Shown here in pieces: positions 1 through 11,236 of a stretch of DNA of 51,337 bases. Each line of letters starts with the position of its first letter. Within the stretch, counting starts at the first letter, position 1. Location of the stretch: assembly GCF_006345805.1 (NCBI RefSeq), contig NW_021833999.1, positions 1 through 51,337 of the forward strand, read 5' to 3'. This DNA is from Octopus sinensis (lineage: Eukaryota). The notes beneath the pieces were generated by a model. That model had not been told where the DNA came from. It worked only from the letters and a program-made list of their open reading frames with translations, and searched no databases. Position numbers and translations under genes: made by a program.

Positions 1-16
1 CTATGCGAGTACATCT

Positions 17-18
<2 letters not shown>

Positions 19-78
<60 letters not shown>
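19..78. repeat. (TA)n microsatellite
   Basis: Uninterrupted TA dinucleotide run. Confidence 0.98.
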
Positions 79-82
<4 letters not shown>

Positions 83-1477
83 TATTATGAATGAGAAAAG
101 GAAGAAAATGGAGAAATTGACATAAAGACATCAGTTTCTTCAAAAGAGTGGGGGCAGTACCACCCACTTTGGGAACCACTGGACTAGAACGTGTATGTTA
201 GGGATTTAATACCAATTACATGAGTGGTTCTTCTCGGGATGTGGTCCATGCTAGTTGTGTGTCTAGCAGTGGTACCGTCCTAGTTGTGGGGGCTTTACTT
301 GAGCCCCGGAGAGTTTCAGCAACTATTAAGGGCTGAAATATTTTTAACTTGTCTTTAGGATGCGATCCTATTTATTGATGATAAATAAGGACCAGTATTA
401 AGAGCAGTGGGTCTCAACCATTTTGTTACCCATGGACCCCTTTCATTCCTATTTTACTCTCTTGGGCCCTCGTATCCATTCAGTGTTTCAAAATAATCCT
501 TTTTTTTTTTGCCTTTCATCCTTTCAGGGTTGAGAAATTAAGAAGTAGCATTGAAACACTGGGGTTGATATAATTGATTAATCCCCTTCCCCCAAAATTT
601 CAGGCCTTGTGCCTATTCTAGAAAGGATAATTAAAGAATATCAGGAATTGTATGAAAAAAAACATTAAAATGTTTTGTTATTGTAAACAATTAATTGCAC
701 ATGAATTTTAAAAACAAAACCTTATGTGGACCCTGAAGGTTCTTGTGGACACTGGTTGAGGACTTCTGATTTAGAGTGACTATGAGGACTGTTGCTGAGT
801 GCTGTTTGTATTTAATGGGAGGTGGGGTGTATTGTGGTGGTGTTTTCTTGATGTGTGCAGTGCTTTTTTTTCTGTTGAAAGAAACAAAGTTGTTAAACCA
901 CCCCCCACTGAAGGATTCTCTCAAGGTTGCTGTTTATAGAATCAATGTAGGTTTAGCGTGTGATGTGTAGGTTGTGTGTGGCTGGTGCATGGTTGGAGAA
1001 TGTTAGAGAAGAATGAAGAGTCATATTATCTGCATAAGTGTGGGCATTGTTGGATGTCGGTAGCAAGTAGGTCATTGATGTTTCAAAGATTGTGTGTGTG
1101 TGTGTGTACGGGGTGGGGGAACCAAATCCTGGGGAACATCAGAGATAATCAAAAGTGGGGCAGCAAGAAAGAGCTCCATCAACTTTATGCCATGGTGGTG
1201 GCAGTCAGTCAGATTATGAAGTGTCAATGAAGGAGATAAGAGATAGGTGGAGTTTATAAGGCAGGAAGTTTCGATAAGAGATTTGCATGCCAGACATGAT
1301 TGTAATTTTTGCTGAGATCTCAGGGACAACAACATTGTTTTCACTCAATGGTGAGCAAAATAAGAGTGTAGCTCTCCACTGAATCTGGCTCTGTTGAAGC
1401 TATACCAGTGATGATTGAGGGGAATTTAAGATATTGAAGAATACCTCCATTATCTTTGAGATGTAAGAGGATATAAA

Positions 1478-1829
1478 ATCATCATCATCATCATCATCAT
1501 CATTTAGCGTCCGCTTTCCATGCTAGCATGGGTTGGACGGTTCAACTGGGGTCTGTGAAGCCAGAAGGCTGCACCAAGCCTAGTCTGATCTGGCAATGTT
1601 TCTACGGCTGGATGCCCTTCTTAACGCCAACCACTCTGAGAGTGTAGTGGGTGCTTTTTATGTGCCACCTGCACAGGTGCCAGACGAGGTTGGCAATGGC
1701 CACAATCGGATGGTGCTTTTTACGTGCCACCGGCACAGGCCAGTTGGGGCGGCGCTGGCAACGGCCATGTTCGGATGGTTCGCTTACGTGCCACCGGCAC
1801 TGGTATCACAGCTACAATTTCCATTGATA
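1478..1829 (-). mobile_element. SINE-like family C (GAT-repeat tail, RTE-type 3' end)
   Basis: Begins with (CAT)n then TTTAGCGTCCGCTTTCCATGCTAGCATGGGTTGGACGG, with internal GTGCTTTTTACGTGCCACC repeats. Homologous copies at 2530, 4903, 13030, 29785 and 35983. Confidence 0.85.
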
Positions 1830-1908
1830 TGACCATAAAATAGTTCCTCCGTTATTAATTTAAGAATGTCTCTTCATCCTGCTTGTATCTTAGCATGTTT
1901 GTCTCTAC

Positions 1909-1955
<47 letters not shown>

Positions 1956-2529
1956 ATAATATATGTATATACAAAGTCTGCCAGAAAAATGTATACACAT
2001 CTTAGGAAAGGAGAAATATCTATAAATATAGATACTCCTTCAAAGTTTTATCGAATTGTAATTACGTCTAATTAAAATACTTATACAGATTTCTCCTTTC
2101 CTATTTTAATTCACCGTAATTACAATTCGATAAAACTTTGAAAGAGGTATCTATATTTATAGAGGTGATTATACAAGTTGAATATTTATACAGATTTTCC
2201 CATTCCTGAAGTGTAGAAAACTTTGCCAGACCAGATTGAACCTGGTGCAGCCTCTGGCACACCAGTCCTCAGTCAAAACGTCCAACCCATGCCAGCATGG
2301 AAAGCGGACATTAAACAATGATGATGACACACACACACACATACTTATACCAAAAACAGAAGGGTATTAAAATACCAATTGCAATAAATAGTACTCTCTC
2401 TCTCTCTCTCTCTCTGAAAGTACAATTTACTCACTATATACTAAATTGTGGTTTCAGAGAGAGAGAGAGATCTGTTTATTGCAATTGGTAGGCCTAAACT
2501 TGCTAGCCACTCTATTATTGCCGTTTGCC

Positions 2530-2716
2530 AGCCCCATCTGGCACGTAAAAAGCACCCACTACACTCACGGAGTGGTTGGTGTTAGGAAGGGCATCCAGCC
2601 GTAGAAACATTGCCAGATCAGACTGGGCCTGGTGCAGCCTTCTGGCTTCCCAGACCCCAGTTGAACCATCCAACCCATGCTAACATGGAAAGCGGACGCT
2701 AAATGATGATGATGAT
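2530..2716 (+). mobile_element. Family C SINE-like copy, 5'-truncated
   Basis: Ends AACCCATGCTAACATGGAAAGCGGACGCTAAATGATGATGATG, matching the other family C copies. Confidence 0.85.
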
Positions 2717-2835
2717 GCTGATTTTATATCCTGTTAAATGATGATGATGATGATGATTATTATTATTACATATTTAAATTTATATATATTTGTTTCTTTG
2801 TTTAGCAACAAGAATCTGGATTTGGCGGCAATTCT

Positions 2836-3002
2836 GTGTCTTACCGAGGAGGTGAGAACCGGATCTACGTTGGCAACCTTCCCCCTGATATTCGTGCCAG
2901 AGATATTGAAGATCTCTTCTACAAATTTGGCAGGATAACCTTTGTGGACCTGAAAACCAGGCGAGGACCACCATTTGCTTTTGTGGAATTTGAAGACCCT
3001 AG
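2836..3002 (+). CDS. SRSF1: SRSF1 (SF2/ASF) homologue, coding exon 1 (RRM1 N-part); exon probably begins at 2806
   Basis: Translates (V)[54 protein letters not shown] with RNP2 IYVGNL and RNP1 PFAFVEF. Acceptor TTTCTTTGTTTAG ends at 2805; donor AG|GTATGT at 3003 (phase 2, same position as vertebrate SRSF1 intron 1). Frame is open from 2806 but has no ATG. Confidence 0.95.
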
Positions 3003-4902
3003 GTATGTTGTTACTGTGTTTCTTTGTGGGTTTCTTTTTTTTCTTTTTCTTCAGCTAGACCATCAGACCATTGCATGGTTCAACACTACCACCGTCACCA
3101 CCACCATGACCACCACTGTCCAAGTACTTGGAGTAGGCCCTCTGCTTTAAAGGCAACTCCATATATTGATGTACTACTTCCTACTGCTACTGCCTGTAGA
3201 TAGCTGAATCAGTAAGGGATAGTCACATCTGGAAAGCTTTTGATGATGAGTATTCTTATTCAGTGTTGACTGGGGCTAAACAAAAACCTCTCAGACATGG
3301 AGATGCTGTCTTTCTCATCATCATTGCCATTTTAAGTCCTGTTTCTAAACCAGCATGGATTGGACAGGAGGTTATTTCTGCCCTTCTGATAAGGGTCTGG
3401 AGCCACATATCGATCATAAATTTTTATTTTTGGATTTGGTTTCTACCGTTGACTGTCCTTAATACCAGCCACTTCACAGAGAGCACTGGGCGACCTTTTT
3501 TTCTTCTTCATAGCACCAGCATCAGAAAGGTTGTTTGGCAAAACTACACATATGCACCTCCATCACCCATCCCAACACCCTCACTTTGTTTCTCTGTAAC
3601 TTTCTGAAAAATCTTTTGTCTTTAACTTGTTTTGGTACTTATTCTATGAGTCTCTTTTGCCAAACTGCTAAGTTACATGGGCATAAACAGACCAACAGCG
3701 GTTGTCAAGTGGTGGTGGGGAACAGACACACAAACACACACATATAAGTATACACACACACACACACGCACACTGGGTGGGCTTAATTGAATTTCTCTAG
3801 TTTTATGTTCTAAGTTCAAATCCCACCTTGGTTGACTTGCCTTTCATCCTTTCAGGGTTGATAAAATACAGTTGAATCCTGGGGTCAATATAATTGACTT
3901 ACCCCCTCCCCTGAACTTGCCATTATTCAATCTGGCAGAGTCGTTAGCATGCTGGGCAAAATGATTAGTGGTATTTTGTTGCTCTTTATGTACTGAGTTC
4001 AAATTCTGCCAAGGTCGACGTTGCCTTTCATCCTTTTGGGGGTCAATAAATTAAGTACCAGTCGAGTACTGGGGTTGACGTAATCAACTATCCCCCTCCC
4101 CACAAATTCCAGGCCTTGTGCCTATAATAGAAAGGACTATTATTATCATAAACGCAGTGAGTTGGCAGAATTGTTAGCATGCCTTGCAAAATTCTTTATG
4201 GTATGTCACCCATCTTGACGTTTTGAGTTCAAATTCTGCCAAGGTTGACTTTGCCGTTCATCTTTTCAGGGTCAGTAAATTAAGTACCAGTTAAGTATGG
4301 AGGTCATTTTAATTGACCTACTACCCCGTCCCCGAAATTGCTGGCTTTGTGTCAAAATTTGAAACCATTATTATTGTTATTGGGGTGTGCATTCCTGTTC
4401 CATCATGGTCAACTTTACCTTTCATCCTTTTGGGGTCAATGAATAAGTACCAGTGGAACATGGGAGTCTGTATAATTGACTAACCACTCGCGGCCCCAAA
4501 ATTTCAGACCTTGCGCCTACTGTAGACAGGATTATTATAATTATTTTTATTGAGTGAGTCAGCAGCACATGTCATCAAAGTGACTGTGGGGTACAAAGAT
4601 ATGAAACCCAATATACCCGCCATGACTACCTGTCTGACTAGGGTACACCAGCTACATGCATCACAACCATTTGTACACGACATGGTGACCGCATATCAAG
4701 ATAAATGGTGCATGACCTTGCAGGTGAGGTCCAGTTAGAATTTTCTTCAGGTCAAGTAGCCCATCTTACTCAAAAAGTCCCTGAATAAGTGTTGTTTAAG
4801 GCTGATGAACGAAACGGTACACGGATGGGATGTCAAATGCACTTTTACCGAAGGACAAAAAGCTGAACGGACAAGATGCTGAAAAGACATACGAAAATTA
4901 AA

Positions 4903-5365
4903 ATCATCATCATCGTTTAACGTCTGTTTTCCGTGCTAGCACAAGTTGGACGGTTTGACCGGGGTCTGGGAAGCCAGGAGGCTGCACCAGGCTCCAGTCT
5001 GATCTGGCAGTGTTTCTACAGCTGGATGCCCTTCCTAACGCCAACCACTCCGTGAGTGTATTGGGTGCTTGTTACGTGCCACTGACACAGGTGCCAGAGG
5101 AGTCTAGCAGCGACCACGATCGGTTGGTACTTTTTACGTGCCAACGGCACAGAAGCTAGTCAAGGCGGCGCTGGCATCGGCCACATTCGGATGGTGCTGT
5201 TTACGTGCCAACGGCACAGAAGCTGGTCAAGGCGGCGCTGGCATCGGCCACGTTCAGACGGTGCTTTTTACATGCCACCAGCACAGTTATCACAACTACT
5301 ATTTCCATTTGATATTTATTTCGATGTTCATGTACTTGACTCAATAGGTCTCCTCAAGCACAGCA
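4903..5365 (-). mobile_element. Family C SINE-like copy with internal ~67-bp duplication
   Basis: (ATC)n GTTTAACGTC start; TTTACGTGCCAACGGCACAGAAGCT... repeated at 5133 and 5200. Confidence 0.85.
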
Positions 5366-5844
5366 GGTTGTTCTGAAATATATTAAAAAATTGCCATAGG
5401 TAGAAATGTTTTATTTTTTTTATTGTGTCTGTTTGGCTTCTTGTCCATGCATGGAATGAAACACCCATGTTTCCAGAGGTGAGTAATTCAAACCCTAAAG
5501 AATCCCTCTCAACACATGGCTATGATGCTCCCTCACTCCTCTTTCTCATGCACAGAGATGCACATATCGTCAGCTACCAAGGGGCCATGCTCAATTGGTT
5601 TAAGTCAAGCAACTTACAAGAAGATCTGTGGTATTGAACAGAATATTTGCTGTAGCCCTTCTTTTGCACCAAGATAAAACATTGTACATGATAACTTCCT
5701 GTCAGTTAAGATCAGAAGCCATGAGAGTCACTGATTGGTATTGAATCAGGGCATCGTTATTATTGAATGAAACAGCAGCACACACCATCAACATGCCCAA
5801 TATAGCCATCATGATTGCCTGTCTGATTATTGAATCACATCAAC

Positions 5845-6046
5845 TTTTTACTCTTTTACTTGTTTCAGTCATTTGGCTGCGGCCATACTGGAGCACCGCC
5901 TTTAGTTGAATAACTTGACCCCAGAACTTATTCTCTGTAAGCCTAGTACTTATTCTATCAGTTTCTTTTGCCGAACCGCTAAGTTACAGGAACGTAAACA
6001 CACCAGCATCGGTTGTCAAGCGATGTTGAGGGGACAAACACAGACA

Positions 6047-6097
<51 letters not shown>

Positions 6098-6260
6098 GAT
6101 GGGCTTCTTTCAGTTTCCGTCTACCAAATCCACTCACAAGACTTTGTTCGGCCCGAAGCTATAGTAGAAGACACTTGCCCAAGATGCCACGCAGTGGGAC
6201 TGAACCCAGAACCATGTGGTTGGTAAGCGAGCTACTTACCACACAGCCACTCCTGCGCCT
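5845..6260 (-). mobile_element. tRNA-derived SINE family A, full length
   Basis: Minus-strand head GGCGCAGGAGTGGCTGTGTGGTAAGTAGCTCG...GGTTCAGTCC (A/B-box-like), central (CA)n/(TA)n, tail GAAACAAGTAAAAGAG. More than 10 homologous copies in the window. Confidence 0.9.
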
Positions 6261-7302
6261 GCTTATTTTGTTAGAAATATTAGTAATAAAAGGGTTAACT
6301 GTCCACCTTCAAAGTTACTGCCCGACTCTACCATTTGTAATATTCCATTATCACTTCCATTCCCAACCTGAGTACCTGATAATTGAGTTTTGTTGCTCTC
6401 TCTCTCTCGTTGAGTCTTATAAGAATCTCTCCCTCTCTTGATATCTTTCCATTCTCCATTTGAGGTGCTCCGTGTTTGGACCCTTATCACGATATTTTCA
6501 TTACCATCGTTGAGAGATTTCTGATCTTATCTTGTTGTTTGCTGCTGATTTCTCTACAGACACATTATTTTATCACTGCATTTGTCTTTCACTGGAAACA
6601 AACAACCGACTTTTGTTACTTACTTCTGTGCCAGGAGGCAACCTGAGTTAATAAATCTCCGCCCCGCCCTTAATTTAGCGAAACTTAAGCCCTCACTGTT
6701 ATCTGAAAAACAGATCAGATGTCATTCGGAAAACCCGTTTCTCTTTATCATTTAACATTCTTGGCTAAATATATGTACACACAATATATGTAGGTTGTCT
6801 TACTGCATATAGAGTTTAGTTTCAAATTATATATATGTATGGCTGTGTGGTAAGTAGCTTGCTTCCCAACCACATGGTTCCGGGTTCAGTCCCAATGTGT
6901 GGCACCTTGGGCAAGTATCTTCTACTATAGCCTTGGGCCGACCAAAGCTTTGTGAGTGGATTTGGTAGATGGTCCTGGGGTCGATTTGTTCAACTAAAGG
7001 TGATGCTCCAGCATAGCCACAGTCACATGACTGAAACAAGTAACAGTGTATCTATTTTACTAATATTTAGCAGAAGTAACAGGAGTGACTCAAAGTCCGA
7101 GTGTTTCGTGTATTGGCACTTAATCAGACTAGCCACAGGTCGAAGGCCAGTGTGTCTTTGATGTTTGTCCCCCATCATTGCTTGATGACCAGTGTTGGTT
7201 TGTTTATATCTCCATAACTTAGCAGTTCAGCCAAAGTACCAGGCTGAAAAAAAAGAAAAACAAAAGTGCTGGGGCTAATTCATTTGACTATAAATAAGAA
7301 TA

Positions 7303-7596
7303 CCTCGGGCCGACCAAAGCCATGTGAGTGGATTTGGTAGACGGAAACTGAAAGAAGCCTGTTGTATATATGTATATGCATGTGTGTATATATGTTTGTG
7401 TGTCTGTGTTTGTCCCCCTCAACATCGCTTGACAACCAATGCTGGTGTGTTTACATCCCCATAACTTAGCGGTTCGGCAAGAGACCGATAGAATAAATAC
7501 TAGGCTTACAAAGAATAAGTCCTAGGGTTGATTTGCTTGACTAAAGGCGGGGCTCCAGCATGGCCTCAGTCACATGACTGAAACAAGTGAAAGAGT
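7303..7596 (+). mobile_element. SINE family A, 5'-truncated
   Basis: CCTCGGGCCGACCAAAGC...GACTGAAACAAGTGAAAGAG matches the other family A copies. Confidence 0.85.
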
Positions 7597-8338
7597 ATTA
7601 CTTTGTCAAATTTGCATTGTTTTGAATTGTGCATAGCTTCAAGATTTCAGTGATGTTATTGTTTTTAGAATGACCATGTATGGCGGGTGTGAGAGGTTGG
7701 ATCTGGCTAGTTTTAATGTAAAACCGGTAGAATATTTGGGCCTTTAAATGTTAAACGGTTAATAATGACAGTTACTTTATTAAATTCATTATCTTAAAAA
7801 TCAATTGAAATAGCGAAATTGTATTTAATTAGAAATACAGTAACAAAAGAGTTAATTACAAAATTAATTACATATTTCATATGCGAGATGGTTGTCTGAG
7901 TGAAATTGACACACTATTGAAATTGGTGCCCTCCCCCTTTTTTTTTAATTGTTTTAAATTCTTTGATATTTGGCCTCATTCAGCTGAATGTAAACATTTT
8001 TGGATGTGGTTTGGTGTATGGAATTCGTTTGGCTCTGTAGACTTTTAAACATTTGTTGATTCTACAACAGAGAGGGTGTAGAGAGAAATTGAGGTGGGGA
8101 GGGGTTCTACAACATAGTAGATGTTACTTCTACAACAGAGGAAGGTGGAGTTTTTTAGTTTTTTTTTTTGAAATTTTAAATTTCTTTCAGATTTGGCTGT
8201 TGCAACTCAACATTTTCTGTGTATCAAAAATAAAGGATTCTTGCCATTATGAAGAACTTTTCCTATAACGGATCAAAGTAAAACTTTTAGAGGATGGCAG
8301 TTTAACATTTCTAGTTTCTTTAAAATAGACACTGGTAT

Positions 8339-9157
8339 GGTTGTGTGGTTAAAATGTTCATTTTCCAACCCCGTAGTTTCAGGTTCAGTCCCACTGCGGG
8401 GACACCTTGATTGAGCGTCTTCTGCCAAAGCTCTGGGACTTGTGTGTGAGTTTAACGAAAGGAAACTGAAGGAAGCCTGTTGTATGTGTGGAGTGTGTCT
8501 GTCTTTGTCTTGACAACAGGAAATTGTTGTGAATGTGCCTCACTGGTTGTGTGGTTAAAATGTTCATTTTCCAACCCCGTGGTTTCAGGTTCAGTCCCAC
8601 TGCGGGGGCACCTTGATTGAGCGTCTTCTGCCAAAGCTCTGGGACTTGTGTGTGAGTTTAACGAAAGGAAACTGAAGGAAGCCTGTTGTATGTGTGGAGT
8701 GTGTCTGTCTTTGTCTTGACAACAGGAAATTGTTGTGAATGTGCCTCACTGGTTGTGTGGTTAAAATGTTCATATTCCAACCCTGTGGTTTCAGGTTCAG
8801 TCCCACTGCGGGGACACCTTGATTGAGTGTCTTCTGCCAAAGCTCTGGGACTTGTGTGTGAGTTTAACGAAAGGAAACTGAAGGAAGCCTGTTGTATGTG
8901 TGGAGTGTGTCTGTCTTTGTCTTGACAACAGGAAATTGTTGTGAATGTGCCTCACTGGTTGTGTGGTTAAAATGTTCATTTTCCAACCCCGTGGTTTCAG
9001 GTTCAGTCCCACTGCGGGGGCACCTTGATTGAGTGTCTTCTGCCAAAGCTCTGGGACTTGTGTGTGAGTTTAATGAAAGGAAACTGAAGGAAGCCTGTTG
9101 TATGTGTGGAGTGTGTCTGTCTTGACAACAGGAAATTGTTGTGAATGTGCCTCACTG
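8339..9157 (+). repeat. Tandem array, 4 x 206 bp, unit derived from a family A SINE head
   Basis: GGTTGTGTGGTTAAAATG starts at 8339, 8545, 8751 and 8957; units are nearly identical. Confidence 0.97.
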
Positions 9158-9484
9158 TCATTCAAGTGCAGCTTCCATTTCCAGTATTCTTGGAGAACAT
9201 GCCTGTCCACAGGCGAGGGAACAGTTGAGGGTTGGTGACAGGAAGGGCATTAGAAAATTTGCCTCAACAAATTCTGTCAGACCCATGGAAATGTGGATGT
9301 TAAAACGATGATGATGAGGAGGCAGAAGAGGATTTCTAATTTTTTTTCATCATCATCATCCATCATTTAAACGTCAACTTTTTCATGCTGGCATGGGTTG
9401 GACATGGCTTGTTTTCGATACCATTTTGCATTTTATGATTCTTCCTTGTTAATAGTCCGTTGTCTTTACGTATTCATCATCTAG

Positions 9485-9645
9485 GGATGCAGAAGACGCT
9501 GTACGGGAAAGAAATGGCTACAACTACGACAACTACAAGTTGAGAGTTGAATTTCCACGTGGAACTGGACCTGGTGGACGGGGCCGAGGTCGCGGAAAAG
9601 GTGGACCCCCTTCGCGTCGCTCCCAGTACAGAGTGTTTGTGTCAG
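9485..9645 (+). CDS. SRSF1: SRSF1 homologue, coding exon 2 (RRM1 end, RG-rich linker, RRM2 start)
   Basis: CTAG|G acceptor at 9484; (R)[53 protein letters not shown](G); donor CAG|GTAAGC at 9646, phase 1. Confidence 0.97.
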
Positions 9646-9951
9646 GTAAGCGGCCCTTTTGTTGATTAACCAATTTTCATAAAGTTGAGGCCTAAATTTG
9701 GATTACTTACAACTCCCTTCATTGTCACTTAATTTGATGACAGGCTTACTTTTTAACCTCTGTCAAAATGTTTAAAAATGAAAAAAAAAAAAATTCCTAG
9801 GTTCCTATATGTGAAGTTGGACCTCCTATAAACTTTGATAATGATGAAAGGAAATGAATTGTAATTGAAATTTTAAAATAAGGAAAGATATTGTATAACC
9901 TGTTATTAAAAAAAAAACAAAAAAAAAACTAAAAATAATTGTTTATTTAAG

Positions 9952-10124
9952 GTTTACCAAAATCTGGCAGCTGGCAAGACTTGAAGGATCATATGCGTGA
10001 AGCTGGTGATGTCTGCTATGCAGATGTCTTCAATGATGGCTCTGGAATGGTGGAATTTCTGAGATATGAAGACATGCGGTATTCTGTGAAGTACCTGAAT
10101 GAATCTAAATTCCGATCTCATGAG
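9952..10124 (+). CDS. SRSF1: SRSF1 homologue, coding exon 3 (pseudo-RRM with SWQDLKD)
   Basis: TTAAG|GT acceptor; (G)[57 protein letters not shown]; donor GAG|GTAAAA at 10125, phase 0. Confidence 0.97.
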
Positions 10125-10620
10125 GTAAAATATTTATTATTATTATTATTATTGTTGGTGTTGTTGTTAAGGTGGCAAGGTGGTAGAATCATTAGCATGC
10201 TGAACAAAGTGCTTAGCAGCATTTTATCTGTCCTGAGTTCAAATCCTACTGAGGTCAACTTTGCCTCTCATCCTTTCGGGGCTGATGAAATAAGTACCAG
10301 TTGAGCACTGGGGTTGATGTAATTGACTAGCCCCACCTCCCCTCAATTTCAGGCCTTGTGCTAATAGTATAAAGGGTTGTCGTTAAGGCGGTGAGCTGGC
10401 AGAACCATTAGCACCCTGGACAAAAAGCTTAGTGGTATTTCATTCTTAGTTCAAATTCTGTTAAAGTTGATTTTGCCTTTTGCCTTTTGAGGGTTGTTAA
10501 AATGCATAACCTGTCAAGAACCTGGGGTCGATGTAATTGATTAAACCCCTTTCCTTCGAAATCTCAGGCCTTGTGCTTATAGTAGAAAGAATTATTATTA
10601 TTAAGACAAGGGATTGGATA

Positions 10621-10963
10621 AAAAGGTAAAGACCTCCCCTTCAGTCAAGAATGAATTATGAGATTGCATTTAGAATGTTCCCCTGCAAGGCACAAGTCTG
10701 GGCAAGGTTGTTTTATGGAAGGCCAGCAGTTGGGCCATGCATACCAGCCTCTCCTCTCCATGCCACTGATGTCATTCAAGGGAAAGGCAAAGGCTGACAC
10801 AGCTCAACATCAACGACATTGCAACTCATTTCTACAGATCAGTGAACTGGAGCAATGTGAAATAAAGTGTCTTGCTCAAGAACACAACACAGAGCCTGGT
10901 CCGAGAATCGAACCCACTACCTCATGATTGTGAGCCAATATTCTAACCCCTGAGCCATGCGCC
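10621..10963 (-). mobile_element. tRNA-derived SINE family E
   Basis: Minus head GGCGCATGGCTCAGGGGTTAGAATATTGGCTCACAATCATGAGGTAGTGGGTTCGATTCTC; homologue on + at 34966. Confidence 0.8.
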
Positions 10964-11236
10964 TTCTTATGGCTCAGTGATAGTGGAATTGGTAAAGTAA
11001 TTAGTTACATTCTTCTGTGTGAATTCCCAATTTTGATTCACCAATTCCACCAAGACTCTTCCTGCTTCCATGATACAAATTTCCTGTTTCAAAATGATTG
11101 AAATTAAAACCTTGCATTGAAATTCCAGGTTTAATGATGTTCCAAACACCAGCTTGATAAACACAGTTAATTTAATAAATTCTTCTTTATTTTCAAAATT
11201 AATTGAAGCATATAGGCGTAGCTGTGTGGTAAGAAG

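Noticed and set aside
691-1344. Several 64-90 aa ORFs near the window start as a possible upstream SRSF1 coding exon
   Set aside because: No homology recognised, no convincing ATG-plus-donor unit in phase 0, and no CpG-rich promoter context.
3003-3150. Hydrophobic read-through of exon 1 into intron 1
   Set aside because: The donor AG|GTATGT is strong, and T-rich intron starts routinely translate as F/L/V runs.
4802-4815. CTGATGA-AC-GAAAC hammerhead-like core
   Set aside because: No room for stem II and no stem I or III; it lies in a decayed repeat.
8339-9157. Regular repeat array and repeated 60-71 aa ORFs (CRISPR-like or repeat protein)
   Set aside because: Units are contiguous near-identical SINE fragments with no unique spacers, and there are no cas genes; the ORFs are by-products.
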